DNA from: the human T2T-CHM13v2.0 reference genome, Homo sapiens
Strand: one strand, 5' to 3'
Assembly: GCF_009914755.1 (NCBI RefSeq)
Contig: NC_060931.1
DNA length: 64,000 nucleotides
A program made the translations under genes and the position numbers. Shown in pieces: positions 1 to 13,152 of this stretch. Position 1 is the first letter of the stretch. Every line of letters starts with the position of its first letter. The notes under the pieces are model-generated. The model saw nothing but the letters and a program-made list of their open reading frames with translations. It searched no databases and was not told the DNA's origin.

Positions 1-390
1 ATTCCCCAGAATATCTGGAACAATGTTAAATGATGTGATGACAGTAGACATCCTTGAAACTGTTCAGATCTTAGAAGGAAAGCTTACTTTTATTACTAAT
101 TATAATGTTAGCTATAGGGTGTTTATTATGTGGCCTTTACTAGGTTAAATATACTGAGAGTTTTTATTATACATGGGTGTTGGTTTTCATCAATTCTTTT
201 TCTACATATTGAGATGATTATTTTGATATAAACATCCATATATATACACACAAAACATCTACATATATACACATACGTGTGTGTGTGTATGTGTGTGTTA
301 AAGCACTTTATATTATTAGGATACGTCCCATGATGTCATAGTATATAAATTTTTACATGTTGTGGACTTGGTTTACTAATATTTTGTTGT
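1..390 (-). mobile_element. Old L1 (L1M) ORF2 fragment, interrupted by a TA/CA/TG microsatellite (~237-297)
   Basis: Diverged match to antisense L1 ORF2 (gagagtttttattat..gggtgttgg..ttttctacatattgagatgatta; ggtttactaatattttgttg). Confidence 0.75.
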
Positions 391-934
391 TCTAAATAGC
401 TTCTGAAAAGATTACTCAAATGTTTTTCTTTGAATGTCCATATGTTTCTAACATAAATTGTAGACTAGATATGCTACTTGAACTATTTGCTGATAAAGAA
501 GAGATTACCTTATGTTTTTAATTATAATGCAGTATGGTGACAACAAGGGGAAAGAAACTTCCAACACCAGTTTAAATACCTCTGGAGAATTTCATAGCAC
601 ACTCATTATTAGTCCAAAACTACTGCCATCAGAGAGTTGGTGAGACAAAGAATAGGGATTTCCCATTTCATGTAACTCAATTTCAAGCCCCAGCCCCTTG
701 CTTCTGAACTCTCTCCAACTCTTTCATGTATGTTAATCCTCATCTTTGATCAAACTACATCTTTGACTTTTTTTGTCATCTTTCATTTCATTCATTCTGG
801 CAACCACCTTTTGGGTATATTTTGGTTCCTTTGTCTGCTAGTGTTAGCATCTCTAAATCTGTCCTTAATTCTACTAGACCTACTGAGTCTTCCTTCTTAA
901 CTTTTAAATTCTGAGTTATTGGAGAATGTCTCTA

Positions 935-1392
935 TATGATGCAGGCCAGCAACCTTGTGAAATCACATGGCTTATCTGCGCCCCCCTTCCCCTGAATTGA
1001 ATCTGTCTTTGTGATTTGTCACATAGAATATGACAGAATTAACATTGTTCAAATTTCAGATGCTAAGACTTAAGGTGTTACAGATTCCACTCTTGTTCCT
1101 TTGGAACACTGTGAAAAAAATACAGACTGGAGGATAAGGGGTCATGTGGGTGCGACCTAGGATAACTCAGCTCACAGCCAACACCAACTGCTAACATGTG
1201 AGGCCATGTTAGAGCCTCCAACCCAGTCAAGCCTTCAGATAACTGCAGCTCCATGAGCAATCCTAGATGACACAAGCAGAAGAAATCCCTGAACAACCAA
1301 TCCACAGAATTACGAGGAATAATATATTTATTATTCTTTTAAGTCACTATAGATTGGGATAGTGTGCCACAAAGTTACAGATAACTAATACA
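935..1392 (+). mobile_element. MLT1 (ERVL-MaLR) solo LTR, MLT1G/H-like
   Basis: MLT1 motifs gccttcagataactgcagc and ttttaagtcact..ttggg, ending gataactaataca. Confidence 0.75.
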
Positions 1393-1639
1393 CAAATGAT
1401 CAAGGTACTTCATCTACCACCCTTTTTTTTTTTTTTGACTTACCACAGTCACTTTCATTAATATTTATACATATTTTTAAAACAAAAAAAATTTCTTTCA
1501 CTATGAAAATTCTCTTTGAGTTTAGATAGATTTAATTTTAAGAATTCTTTCCAATATCAATGAGTCCTAGTAAATTATTGATATTCAACCTACAACTTCC
1601 GTCATGTACATATTTGTTCTGCCAATATATAGCCATACA

Positions 1640-1900
1640 AACCCTTTCCTGACTCATCCAGTAGATTGAATATCTCCTTTTTCTACACTGTGTATCTACT
1701 TTGTATATGCTTCTATAGTTGTATTGTTCACTCTCTACTGTAACTTTATGAGTTTACTTGTCTATCTCGCTTTTTTGTCTGTGTACTTCTCGTGGTAAGG
1801 GATTGTGTTTTGTCAACCTAGGTATCCTAGATATCCACACTTTTCTGGCACAAATTCAGAACTCAGTAAATATTTAATGAAATAATGAATGGATTAATGA
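1640..1900 (+). mobile_element. L2 3' end fragment
   Basis: ctggcacaaattcagaactcagtaaatatttaatgaaataatgaatg resembles the L2 terminal motif. Confidence 0.65.
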
Positions 1901-4900
1901 TCAATTGTTAGAGCCAGTGATGGATGAAGAAATGACTAAATGAATAGCTTATTTAAAAATATTTCTTTAATTTGTTAGTTCCTTTCCATTTTTACTTGTA
2001 ACATCTCTAGAATTCTAACATATTTGTCTTGTGTTTTTATGTGTGTTTCGCTTTCTTCCCCAAATAGATTTTAATGTCTTGGGTGGTGAGACTATAACTG
2101 ATACTATGGTATATACCTTGTAGATAAGTGATTTTCTACTATGACTACTTGTTGTCACGTATTTGATTGTTTTATTCTTAATTTCTCTACCTAATTCTCA
2201 TATAGATATATGAAAGTTTACATTCTCATAGTTAAATATTTTTGGTTTTGAAAATTTAATGACAACTGGCATTACTGGAAACATCACAGCTTGGTACAGA
2301 AAAAGGCAGGAACTCTCAACACTAGGGACTAATAAAATTATTGTTGGCTAAGACACCTAAATGTAAATCTTAATTGCAATAAGTAGTCCCCCATCTCCAT
2401 TGATCAGTGCTAGCATAGCTTTAACTTTTAAGTAAAAAATCTAGTACATGTCTTGTTTCTGTTATTTAGTAAATTCAGTTGTTGAAAACATGTTAGTTAT
2501 TTCTGGTCCAAGGATGCCCTACTCCAGCCAGAAAATATGTTTCTTTTGCGAAGGGATTCATCACTCGTATTAAAAAACAAGTTCAGAACATGTCCTCATT
2601 ATCAAGAGTCAACAGCATCAATGTTACATGAAAATAGTAATGAACATTATTCTTTAGATATTTTTAATTTTATAGACTAAGATAAATGTATTTTTTCTCA
2701 AACTAAGCTTTCTATACTACTGATTGGCCAGTACATTACATAGAGGGTTACATATGCATATACAGACATACATAGTTATATACTATATATGTTATATATG
2801 TATCTTCTGGGGAGGGAGTTGCTTATGGATGTTTGGTATACAATACTAATGAAGTCCTTTAAGACTTTCTGTCTTTTAATCACTTAATATTATATATTTT
2901 GTATACTATGAAATTTTACTTGTGAGACTAGTTCCATAATTAACAATCCCAATTATTTTACTTCTGACTGCTGTTTTATTGCTCTGGTAGAGACAAACAG
3001 TAATTAGAATAATTACTGCATTTATTACATGTAGTCTCTTGAGATTTATAATAAATTTTCCAAAAGTCTAATGAGAAAACAAGAATGCAGTGTTCTTTCT
3101 ATAATAATTGCTAGCAATTTTTTTCTTAAGTAATTTTGATTATTTTAAGAAATTCTTTATGCATTGATTTGATAAACAAGTAGATAACCAAAGTTTATAC
3201 TTTATTTTAATGAATAGTAACCAAAACTATTTTTTTCAAAGTTGTAATCTAACAAATATTTTGAAGACAAATAAATAGTAAACAATCATCTGACTCCTGC
3301 ATAAAAAATGTGAATTTGATTATTTTGAACAATGAGTATTGCTTGTTAGGAAAAAGTGGGTTATAGCTTGACTAGACCCAACTGAAAGGATGCAAAACTA
3401 CTTCAGAGTTTTCCCAAAGCAATTACTTCACCCAGTCACCTTTTGTTATCTTATGTTAAGTACTGATTGTCCTTTTGGGTAAGAAACATTTGATTGGATT
3501 CACAAAAGCTTTAATGAATCCAAAAGAAGTCGGAAAATAATTGCCGCTTTTAAAATTCTTCTGATTTAAGGCAACAGCATCTTTGCAGTCAATCTACAAA
3601 CTGAATTACATTCAACCTACTGTACTACTATTTATTTATACAGATATGCTGTAATGTGATTCAGTATTCAAACAAAAATAGAAGACTAGCAAAGGAATCT
3701 ATCTGAACAATGACATTTAAAGAAACAGCCACGTTGTTAATTACAAAAGATATAATACACAAATGACATGTCTTTAGGATTTTTTTAAACAGAAAGGAAA
3801 TGTGGACTTGTAAAGATGTAAAACTTTTCATTAATTGAATGGTCAAATCATTATTGAAAATTTCTAGCATAATAAAAATTATAAAATGATAGGGAATTTT
3901 ACATTTTATGGAACAATCAATCAGCTTTGTGGAAAACTCTATAATAAGCTAACATGTTTTCTAAACATTAATAAGAAATGTATATGCTCTTTCCTGCACT
4001 GAACTTTAGTATAAATCAAATTACCATGGGACTGGCAGTCACTACTTCTGATTCTTAGCTTATTGAGTGATGCTGCTCTCCCTCAACAGATATTCTGTCC
4101 CCTAAAATCCTTTATCTGCATAAATCAGACCCTCTAAGTTTGAATAACAAACAAAAATGCAAGGAGATGAATTCTACAGAGATCAAGGAACAAAAATTTA
4201 CAATAAAATATATTGTTAGAATCACTATAGAATGCAATTTTATATTTAGAGTTTTTGCCAGTTTCAATATATGTGTATCTGATGCTAGGGTGCTTCAAAA
4301 ATTATGGTGGTTAAGATGTCTTAGTTGGTCCCAAGGAGGATAAGAGTTAGCAGAGTTGCTTGAATTTATATCTCCTGTTCTAATGCTCCATTTTCTCCCT
4401 AGAGATCAAGCACACATTTTTCTTATTAAAGAAGTTTTGGGAGAGTAGATCATCATATTCCCGTCAAGATCACCCTTTGTCATGAGTCAAAATCATCTAG
4501 CTAATCTCTCATGATTTCCTTTGAGCACACTGGTTCACTAGAAAAGATCTTTACATTAATTTTAAACCTCAATATTTCTTCTCTCAATAGAAAAACTTTG
4601 AGAAACATTAAAAATGAGTATGTTCTGGTGATGTGGAATGAATTCACAATATAAGAAAGGAGACTTCTTATGATGTGTGTTTTCTTCAACCAAAAAATGG
4701 CATTAGAAATATTCATAATTCACTGCCAACTTTAATATTAAATGCTAAAACCATGAAATTTTCAATGAACTTAACCTGATCCGGTGGCTATATTGACATA
4801 AGACAGGTTAGAGAGCTATTAGTCATTAAGAATTTACCATGATGATTAGATTCTTGTAACATAAATTTAGAGTAAAATCATCCTGCTCACTTCATACCTT

Positions 4901-7649
4901 GTTTTCCAGAAAAGGAAGTTAAAGAGCACATATACATACACTGTAACCCAATATGTGAAACATTAGGGAGTTTTGAGAAATTCCTTTTTTCCCCGAGTGT
5001 GTTCTCTTATTTTATATGTCTGAAAAGGCTTGCAAGACTAAGAGCTGTGATGAAAGCATCCAAGATTTCTCAGAAAAAAAAGAATCAATGTAAGAAGGAG
5101 GAAAACAATATAGTGATCTATAAGAAGCATCACCTTCTTAAAAGAGTCTAAAACCCAATGTCTCATGTATTTTCAGTTGTAATGCTATTTTTCTAATTAT
5201 TAGGAATTAGAAAGGAAGCTATAATAATTGCAGCTATTGTGGAATAAAAACAAATGTTTGTATACATCGTTTATAACTGCAAATATTTATACAATTTTAG
5301 TATCACTTATTGTGAAATTAGTATAATGTTATTTAGATTCTTTGTGAATTATTTTTATTCATAATCATAGTATTTTAGCATTTCTATAAACTATTTGATC
5401 CAAATCAAATCAAAGCTCTGTAAAATTATTATTCATAGTAATGATATAGAAATTTTTCAGAGATAAAAATCTTACGTTGGTTTCCTTTAACACACGTATT
5501 TATTTATTTTTTTTTTTTCTGAAAGCCACTCCTAATAAGGTCTGCCACATAATTGAGTCTTTGGCTCTCAAAATAGTATTCTTGGTACCTAGCACAATGC
5601 CTATTACACATTTATGGCTATTTGATGAGTGAATAAGTGACTACTATCTTGAAACTAAGCAATATCTCAGTATTCTTAAAATTTTTTTAAATGTAAATCT
5701 CTTAAAGGTTCAGGTTCATATAAAGGAATACTCATATACTTCCAATATTTTATTTAAACCTAAGGAAAAACAACATCATAGAAATTCTAAAATAATTTTA
5801 AAAAACTACAGGATAATTTTTTGGGTGAGGTAGGGCACTAAATTGTGCATTTAATGCAAGAGACATTGGTCTTTATAGTTTGCAGAAAGAATCAGACAAA
5901 TGAATTGGATAATGAATTATATAAGTGATGTCAGAGTCCCAAGAAACAGAAAAAAATGAACCAAACATCCTATGTTAAATCTAATGAAAGTCATAAACTA
6001 GAGCCTAATTATTCTTGGGTATCAGACAGATTCATTTCAGCATGTCTTTACTTTTCCCAATTTCCTTGATCAATGACACTCATTTTTGTTAAAGCAGTTT
6101 TCCTTTTATTTTCTGACTACTTTTTACATCTCACTAATATATTTTCATGTACATAACTCTGACATTAAAAGGCATATTCTATTTTTGTAATTAGTATTCT
6201 ATTATTAATTACTATTGTTTTAGGATTAGAAAACAAAAATGTTTTATTTTCATTTTACATTTAGGTACAATTTTATTACTATAATTTAAAATAATATTTT
6301 ATCAGGAAACAAATAATACACGTAAAAGTTGTTTCAAAGCAAGCAAATGGATGAATTACTTAGAAAGTTTTTTCCCTGTGTACCTTTCATTAGAGTAAGA
6401 CATAACTGCAATACTGATTTTATACCAGCAACAGATTTTTATTGATTAAACTATCATGTTGTATCGAGTTAAAAAAATAATCAGTCTCACAATACATTCT
6501 CATCTCTCTAGAAGCCTATAATTTAAGGAAATGTTAGTATGCCCATTAGCTGAAACATGGAGAATCCTAAATCTTTTAATCATTGAATAGATAGAATTCA
6601 ACCATTCCACATAAGGTAGCGCCAGAATTATCTGTCCCAACATTTACAATGTGATTGACAATGTAAAAAGTAAAAATGTCTCCAAATTATACTATCGCCC
6701 TTACATCAGAGAAAAAGACCTCCTTCTGGTTTTTCTTTGAAAACTTAAGTGGCTACCAAATTTTTGCATGTCAAAATTGAATCAAATTTTTCTATTTTTA
6801 TTCAGAAATACATCTTTTATATGATTTTTACTTTAAATAAAAACAAAAGTAGATTAAATAATTAATAACCCGAAGTGGCATTAAAGTATGGAGAAGACTG
6901 ATTGCTTCTTAATCACAAATTCCAGGGAATATTTGAAACAAATGACAAATGTATGTAAATAAGAGACCATTCCAACTTAAATGTGAACTCTGAGTGTCAT
7001 CCCACAATCAGTTAGTTCATTCTTTTGCATAGTTAATAGAAATGTTTTAAAATATGTAAAAACAAAATTCAACATTCAGAAAAGCAGCAAAATGGATAAT
7101 ATTCACTACACTTTTTTTCCACAAGTTTCTCTGTGTGCATATTATGCACATTAGAGGTTGTGTCATTTGTTTATTCTATCAGAGTCAGTAAGAATGTATT
7201 AGCTTATTTCTGGATTTTGAATTCACAACAGCCCATCCATTTATATCAGTGCCTTAATTTTTCTGGGCAATCTCTTTCATTACACTTACTAGAGTTTTCC
7301 TCTATCCTAGAACTATAGCTTCCTAGCAGACAAAGTTATTAACCTCTGTGGCTTACCTCACTACGATTGGGAAAACTTTTCCCATCTCATCACAGCCATG
7401 TTCCTATTTGTGCACAAAAGTAATTTGCAGTTCTATGGATCTGCTGAGAGGGTCTCACTAAAATGTCTCAGATACTTCCCTTGAATAATATTAAATGTCT
7501 CAAAATGCACACAAATAAAACTCTAGAGTACAGTCAAATTTTATCCAACCATTAATTTGATACGTTAAACTAACCATAAATTTGTTGGAAGTTAGCTTAG
7601 GGATAAGTCTCACTCCTTCTAAAGTATAAGCTATTATATATTGAATATC

Positions 7650-7835
7650 AGTCATTGTGCTATGCATTTTACATGCAGTTTCATTTATACCTCCCATTAA
7701 TTCTAAGAGTCAGGGCCCATCATATTCTCTGCCTTGCATATGAAGAAACTGAAGGTCAGAGAATAATTAACTTACCAAAACTTAATGGCAAAGCAGAAAA
7801 TCATACTCTAATTGTATGTCTTCAAAGTTCTACTT
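7650..7835 (-). mobile_element. MIR SINE
   Basis: tttacatgc..tcattta..atgaagaaactgaaggtcagaga..taacttacc matches the antisense MIR core. Confidence 0.65.
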
Positions 7836-7864
7836 GAGGTCTTTATACATATGTCTGTTTTGTT

Positions 7865-8299
7865 TTAGAAAAACCTTTCTGAGAGATAACTTATATACAT
7901 ATGAAAACATCCATATGAAATTTACATGTTGATGTCTTTTTTCTATATAAAGGCATAAACCTTTATAATCACCAGTACAAATCAAGATAAAAATGTTCAT
8001 TATTCCAATAAATTATTTTATTTACCTTTTCAGTCAATTGCCCCCTTATTGTGAGCCACAAATAACCACTGGTCTGCTTCCCATCATGACACTTTGGTGC
8101 TTTGTGGTTACATTACATGGAATCTCAAATTATGAAATTCCTGTGTCTGTTTCTATTCCTCAACATAATGTTTTTAATATTCATTCATGCCATTGTGTAT
8201 ATCTATCTATATTGTACAGATTGTAAATTGTTTATACCAGCTATTGTATAAATCAGTGAAGTTTCTTTCTATAGCTGATTGTACTCCTTGGTCTATCTA

Positions 8300-8364
<65 letters not shown>

Positions 8365-9130
8365 ACCAAAATTTACTTAGCCATTCATCAGTGGATGGAC
8401 ATTTGAGGTGTTTCCAGGTTTTGGCTCTTATGCATAAAACTTCAATGAACATTTGTTTCAAGTCTTTGTGTGGATGTATGCATTTGTTTTTCTTAAGAAA
8501 ATACCTAAGTATACAGTTTTTTGAGTCATTAGATAATTGCATTTCTAACTTTATAAGACACTACACTAATTTGTAACTCTCATTTCCCTAATGGCAAATG
8601 ATGTTGAGTATCTTTTCACATAATTGTTGGCCAACTGTATTGCATTTGTTCCTTGGTAAAGTTGTGTTCTCTTTTTTCTTTTTTTTTTGTCAAAATGTTA
8701 ATTGGATAGTTTTTCTTTTTACTACTAAATTGCAAGTGTTCCATATTTTTAAAATAATTTTATATCATGTGAATGTGTTTATTTCTCACCATTATTTTCT
8801 CCCAGTTTATGAATTGATGGTTCTCTCAAAAACAGAAGTTTTTAATTTTGATAAAATATATGTTTTCTTTTTCTCCTATGATTTGTGCATTTTGTGTCCT
8901 AAGATATGTTTGCCTATTACACATTGTGAAGGTTTTTTTCCCCTTCATTTTCTTCTAGAAATTTTAAAACTTCAGCCATACATTTAGACCGACCGACCAA
9001 CTTCAAGTCAACTTTTTATTCTTTTTAACTGATATAAGCTAAGGATCAAAGGTTTTTTTTTTTTTCATATGGCTATCCAGTTTATTCAGCACTGTTGAAA
9101 GGACTCTTGTTGAAAATCAATTGACCAATA
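7865..9130 (-). mobile_element. Old L1 (L1MB/MC/ME-type) 3' UTR and ORF2 end
   Basis: ccattcatcagtggatggacatttgaggtgtttccagg, aatgatgttgagtatcttttc, atatggctatccagtt, ttgttgaaaatcaattgacc. Confidence 0.85.
8292..8363 (+). repeat. Compound tetranucleotide STR [TCTA]2[TCTG]4[TCTA]12
   Basis: Read directly from the sequence. Confidence 0.97.
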
Positions 9131-9133
9131 ACC

Positions 9134-9568
9134 TATGACTGGCAGGGCAGTAGGTTTGTTTAGACCTGCATCACCACAAACATGTGAGTAATGTGTAACC
9201 TACTGCCCTGCCGGATGTATAAAAATATAGCACATACAGTAATAGTACATAATATATAATAATAATAAACATCTTGTTACTGGTTTATTTATTATATTAT
9301 ACTTTTCATCATTATGTTAGAGTACACTTCTACTTATAAAAATAAATGAACTGTAAGACAGCCTCAGGCAGGTCCTTTAGGAGGTATTCCAGAAGGCATT
9401 GTTCTCATAGGAGATGACAGCTCCATGTGTGCTATTGCCCTTGAAGACCTTCCAGTAGGAAAAGATGTGGAGGAGAAAGGAATACTGATGATCCTGACCC
9501 TTTGTAGGCCGAGACTAATGTGTGTGTTTGCATCTTAGTTTTTTAAGAAAAAGGTTTAAAAAGTAAAA

Positions 9569-9599
<31 letters not shown>

Positions 9600-10193
9600 A
9601 TAGAAAAAGCTTATAAAAATAAGCATATAAAGAAAACCATTTTATACAGCTATGCAAAATGTTTGTATTTTAATTTATTACAAAATCAAAAAGTTAAAAA
9701 ATTAAGTTTCTAAACTGTTACAGTAAGCTCCAAAAAATTTATTATTGTAGAAAAAATATTTTGAATTAACTTAGTATATCCTAAGATTATAGTGTTTATA
9801 AAGTATACAGTAGTATACAGTAATCTCCTAGGCCTTCACATTCACTCACCACTCACTGACTCACCCAAAGCAACTTCCAGTCCTACAAGTTCCATTCATG
9901 GTAAGTGTCCTATAGAGGTGTTCCCGTTTTTAACTTTTAGAGCACATTTTTACTGTACCTTTTCATGATACACAAATATTAACATTGTCTTACAATTGCC
10001 TACAGTGTTCAGTACAACATATTGTACAGGTTTGTAGCCTAGGAGCAGTAGGCTATACAATATAGCCTATGTGTGTAGTAGGCTAGACCATCTAGGTTTG
10101 TGTAAGTATACTCTATTATGTTCACAAGGTGACAAAATCACCTAATGACACATTTATCAAAATATATCCCTGTTGTTAAGCAATATGTGACTG
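9134..10193 (+). mobile_element. Tigger3b-like (TcMar-Tigger) DNA transposon; left end lost; contains (TAAA)n at ~9568-9601
   Basis: acagcctcaggcaggtcctttaggaggtattccagaagg; right terminal repeat ..ccctgttgttaagcaatatgtgactg; 3' part shared with the Tigger3a at 43007. Confidence 0.88.
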
Positions 10194-10257
10194 TGCATAT
10201 ATGTGCACATACATATACACAAATACATAAACATTATATCCATATTTATATCTATAT

Positions 10258-10541
10258 ACTGAGAGACTTATTTTAAGGAATTGGTTCATACAATTGCAAG
10301 GCTGGCAAGTTCAAATTCTATAGGGTACTCTGGCACACTGAAGACATAGGGAAGGGTTGAACTAGGGAAGTGTTGATGCAGCAGTTCAAGTCTTAAGGCA
10401 ATCTGCTGGCAGAATTTCCTCTTTTTTTGAGAGAGATCAGCTTTTTTCTATACACATTTTCAACTGACCGAATGAGGCTTATTCACATTATGGAGGGTAA
10501 TTTGCTTTACTCAAAGTCTACTGATTTAAATATTAATCTCA
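10258..10541 (-). mobile_element. MLT2 (ERVL) LTR fragment
   Basis: ttattttaaggaattggttcatac; cacattatggagggtaatttgctttactcaaagtctactgatttaaatattaatc. Confidence 0.85.
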
Positions 10542-10542
10542 T

Positions 10543-10765
10543 AGTATTAGGCCATTTTTGCATTGCTAAATCTCATTACCTGAGACTGTGCAATTTGTAA
10601 GAAAAGCAGATTAATTGGCTTACGGTTCTGCAGGGAATACAAGCATGGCACCATCATCCTTCCACTTCCGGGGTGGCCTCAGGGAGCTTTTATTTATGGT
10701 GGAAGGCAAAGCAGGAGCAGGTACTTCACATGGCAAAAGCAGGAGCAAGAGATAGAGAGAGAGAA
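10543..10765 (-). mobile_element. MSTB-like MaLR LTR fragment
   Basis: gtattaggccatttttgcattgct..tacctgagactg..ggtggaaggcaaagcaggagcaggtacttcacatggc followed by (GA)n. Confidence 0.85.
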
Positions 10766-10909
10766 AGATTATGTATATAACATACATAATATTTGTACAT
10801 ACTTATGGGGTACATGTGATATTTTGTTACATGTATAGGATATGTAATGATCAAGACTAGGTATTCATGGCTTATCTCACCTTGAGTAGTTCTCATTTCT
10901 ATGTGGTGG

Positions 10910-13152
10910 TGATATGGTTTGGCTTTGTGTCCCCATCAAAATTTCATCTTCCCATAATTCCCACGTTATGGGAGGGACCCTGTGGGAGACAACTGAATCA
11001 TGAGGGTGGGTCTTTCCCATGCTGTTCTTGGAATAGTGAATAAGTCTCCCGGGATCCATTGGTTTTAAAAACAGGGGTTTGCCTTCCACCATTATTGTGA
11101 GGCCTCCCCAGTCACATGGAACTATAAGTCCATTAAACCTGTTTCTTTTGTAAATTGCCCAGCCTTGGGTATGTCTTTATCAGCAGCATGAAAATGGACC
11201 AATACAGTAAATTGGTACCAGTAGGGTGGGACATTGCTGAAAAGATACCCAAAAATGTGGAAGCAACTTTGGAAGTGGGTAACAGGCAGAGGCTGGAATG
11301 GTTTGGAGGGCTCAGAAGAAAACAGAAAAATGTGGAAACGTTTGGAACTTCCTAGAGACTTGTTGAATGCCTTTGCCCAAAAGCCTGATATCGATATGGA
11401 CAATAAGGTCCAGGCTGAGGTGGTCTCAGATGGAAATGAGAAACATGGGAACTGGAACAAAAGTGACCCTTGTTATGTTTTAGCAAGGAGATTGGTGGTG
11501 TTTAGCCCCTGCCCTAGAGATTTGTGGAACTTTGAACTTTAGAGAGATGATTTAGGGTATCTGACAGAAGAAATTTCTAAGCAGCAAAGGATTTGAGAAA
11601 TAACTTGGCTGCTGTTAAAAGTATTCAGTTTTATAAGGCAAGCAGAAAATAAAAGTTTGGAAAATTTGCAGCCTGACCACGTAACAGAAAAGAAAATTCC
11701 ATTTTCTGAGGGGAAATTCAAGCCTGCTGCAGAAATTTGCATAAGTAACAGGAAGATGAATGTTAATCCCTAAGACTATGGGGAAAACGTCTCCAGGGCA
11801 TGCCAGAGGTCTTCATGGCAGCCCCTCCTATCACAGGATTGGAGGTCTAGGAGGAAAAAATGGTTTTGTAGGCAGGGCCCATGGTCCCCGTACTGTGTGC
11901 AGTCCAGGGACTTGGTGCCTGGGGTCCTGGCCGCTCCAGCCATGACTAAAATGGGTGAAGGTACAGCTCAGGATGTTGCTTTAGATGATGCAAGCCCTAA
12001 GTCTTGGCAGCTTCCACATGGTGTTAAGCCCATGGGTGCACAGAAATCAAGAATTGAGGTTTGGGAACCTCTGCCTAGATTTCAGAAGATGTATGGAAAT
12101 GTCTGGATACCCAGGCAAAAGTTTGCTTCATGGGAGGAGCCCTCATGGAGACTCTCTGCTAGGGCAATGCAGAAGGAAAATGTGAAGTGGGAGCCCCTAC
12201 ACAGAGTCCCTACTGTGGCACTGCCTAGTGAAGCTGTGAGAAGAGGGCCACCATCCTCCAGACTCCAGAATGGTAGATCCACTGGCAACCTGCACTATGC
12301 ACCTGGAAAAGCTGCAGACAATCAGCACCAGCCCATGAAAGGAGCCAGAAGAGAGGGCTATACCCTGCAAAGCCCCAGGGGAGATGCTACCCAAGGCCAT
12401 GGGAGCCCACTTCTTGCATCGGTGTGACCTGGATGTGAGACATGGAGTCAAAGGAGATCATTTTGGAGCTTTAAGATTTGACTGCCCTGCTGGATTTTGG
12501 ACTTGCATGGGTCCTGTAGCCCCTTTGTTTTGGCCAATTTCTCCCATTTGGAACATCTGTATTTACCCAATGCCTGTACCCCCAGTGTATCTAGGACGTA
12601 ACTAACTTGCTTTTGATGTTACAGGCTCATAGGCAGAAGGGACTCGCCTTTTCTCAGATGAGACTTGGGACTGTGGACTTTTGAGTTAATGCTGAAATGA
12701 GTTGAGACTTTGGGGGACTGCTGGGAAGGCTTGATTGATTGGCTTTGAAATGTGAAGAAATGAGATTTGGGAGGGGCCAGGTGTGGAATAATCTGGCTTG
12801 GCTCTCTGTCCCCACCCAAATCTCATCTTGTCACTCCCATAATTCTCAGTTGTTGTGAGAGGAACCCGGTGGGAGGTAATTGAATCATGGGGGTGAGTCT
12901 TTCTCATGATGTTCTCATGATAGTGAATAAGTCTCATGAGATCTGATGGTTTTATAAATGGGAGTTTCCCTATACAAGCTCTCTCCCTTTGCCTGCTGCC
13001 ATCCATGTAAGAAGTGACTTGCTTCCCCTTGCCTTACACCATGATTGTGAGGCCTCTCCAGCCACGTGGAACTGTAAATCCGTTAAACCTCTCTTGTAAA
13101 TTGCCCAGTCTCATGTATGTCTTTATCAGCAACATGAAAACGAACTAATACA
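10910..13152 (+). mobile_element. Full-length THE1B-like ERVL-MaLR element: 5' LTR 10910-11206, internal 11207-12788, 3' LTR 12789-13152
   Basis: TGATATGG start; both LTRs end aataca; internal region starts gtaaattggtaccagtag; polypurine tract gggaggggccagg; 5-bp TSD GGTGG/GTTGG with 1 mismatch. Confidence 0.95.

Noticed and set aside
11897-12427. Longest ORF (176 aa) and overlapping ORFs at 11.1-13.0 kb
   Set aside because: They lie wholly within the THE1 internal region or LTRs and are fragments of the degenerate MaLR internal ORF, not a host gene
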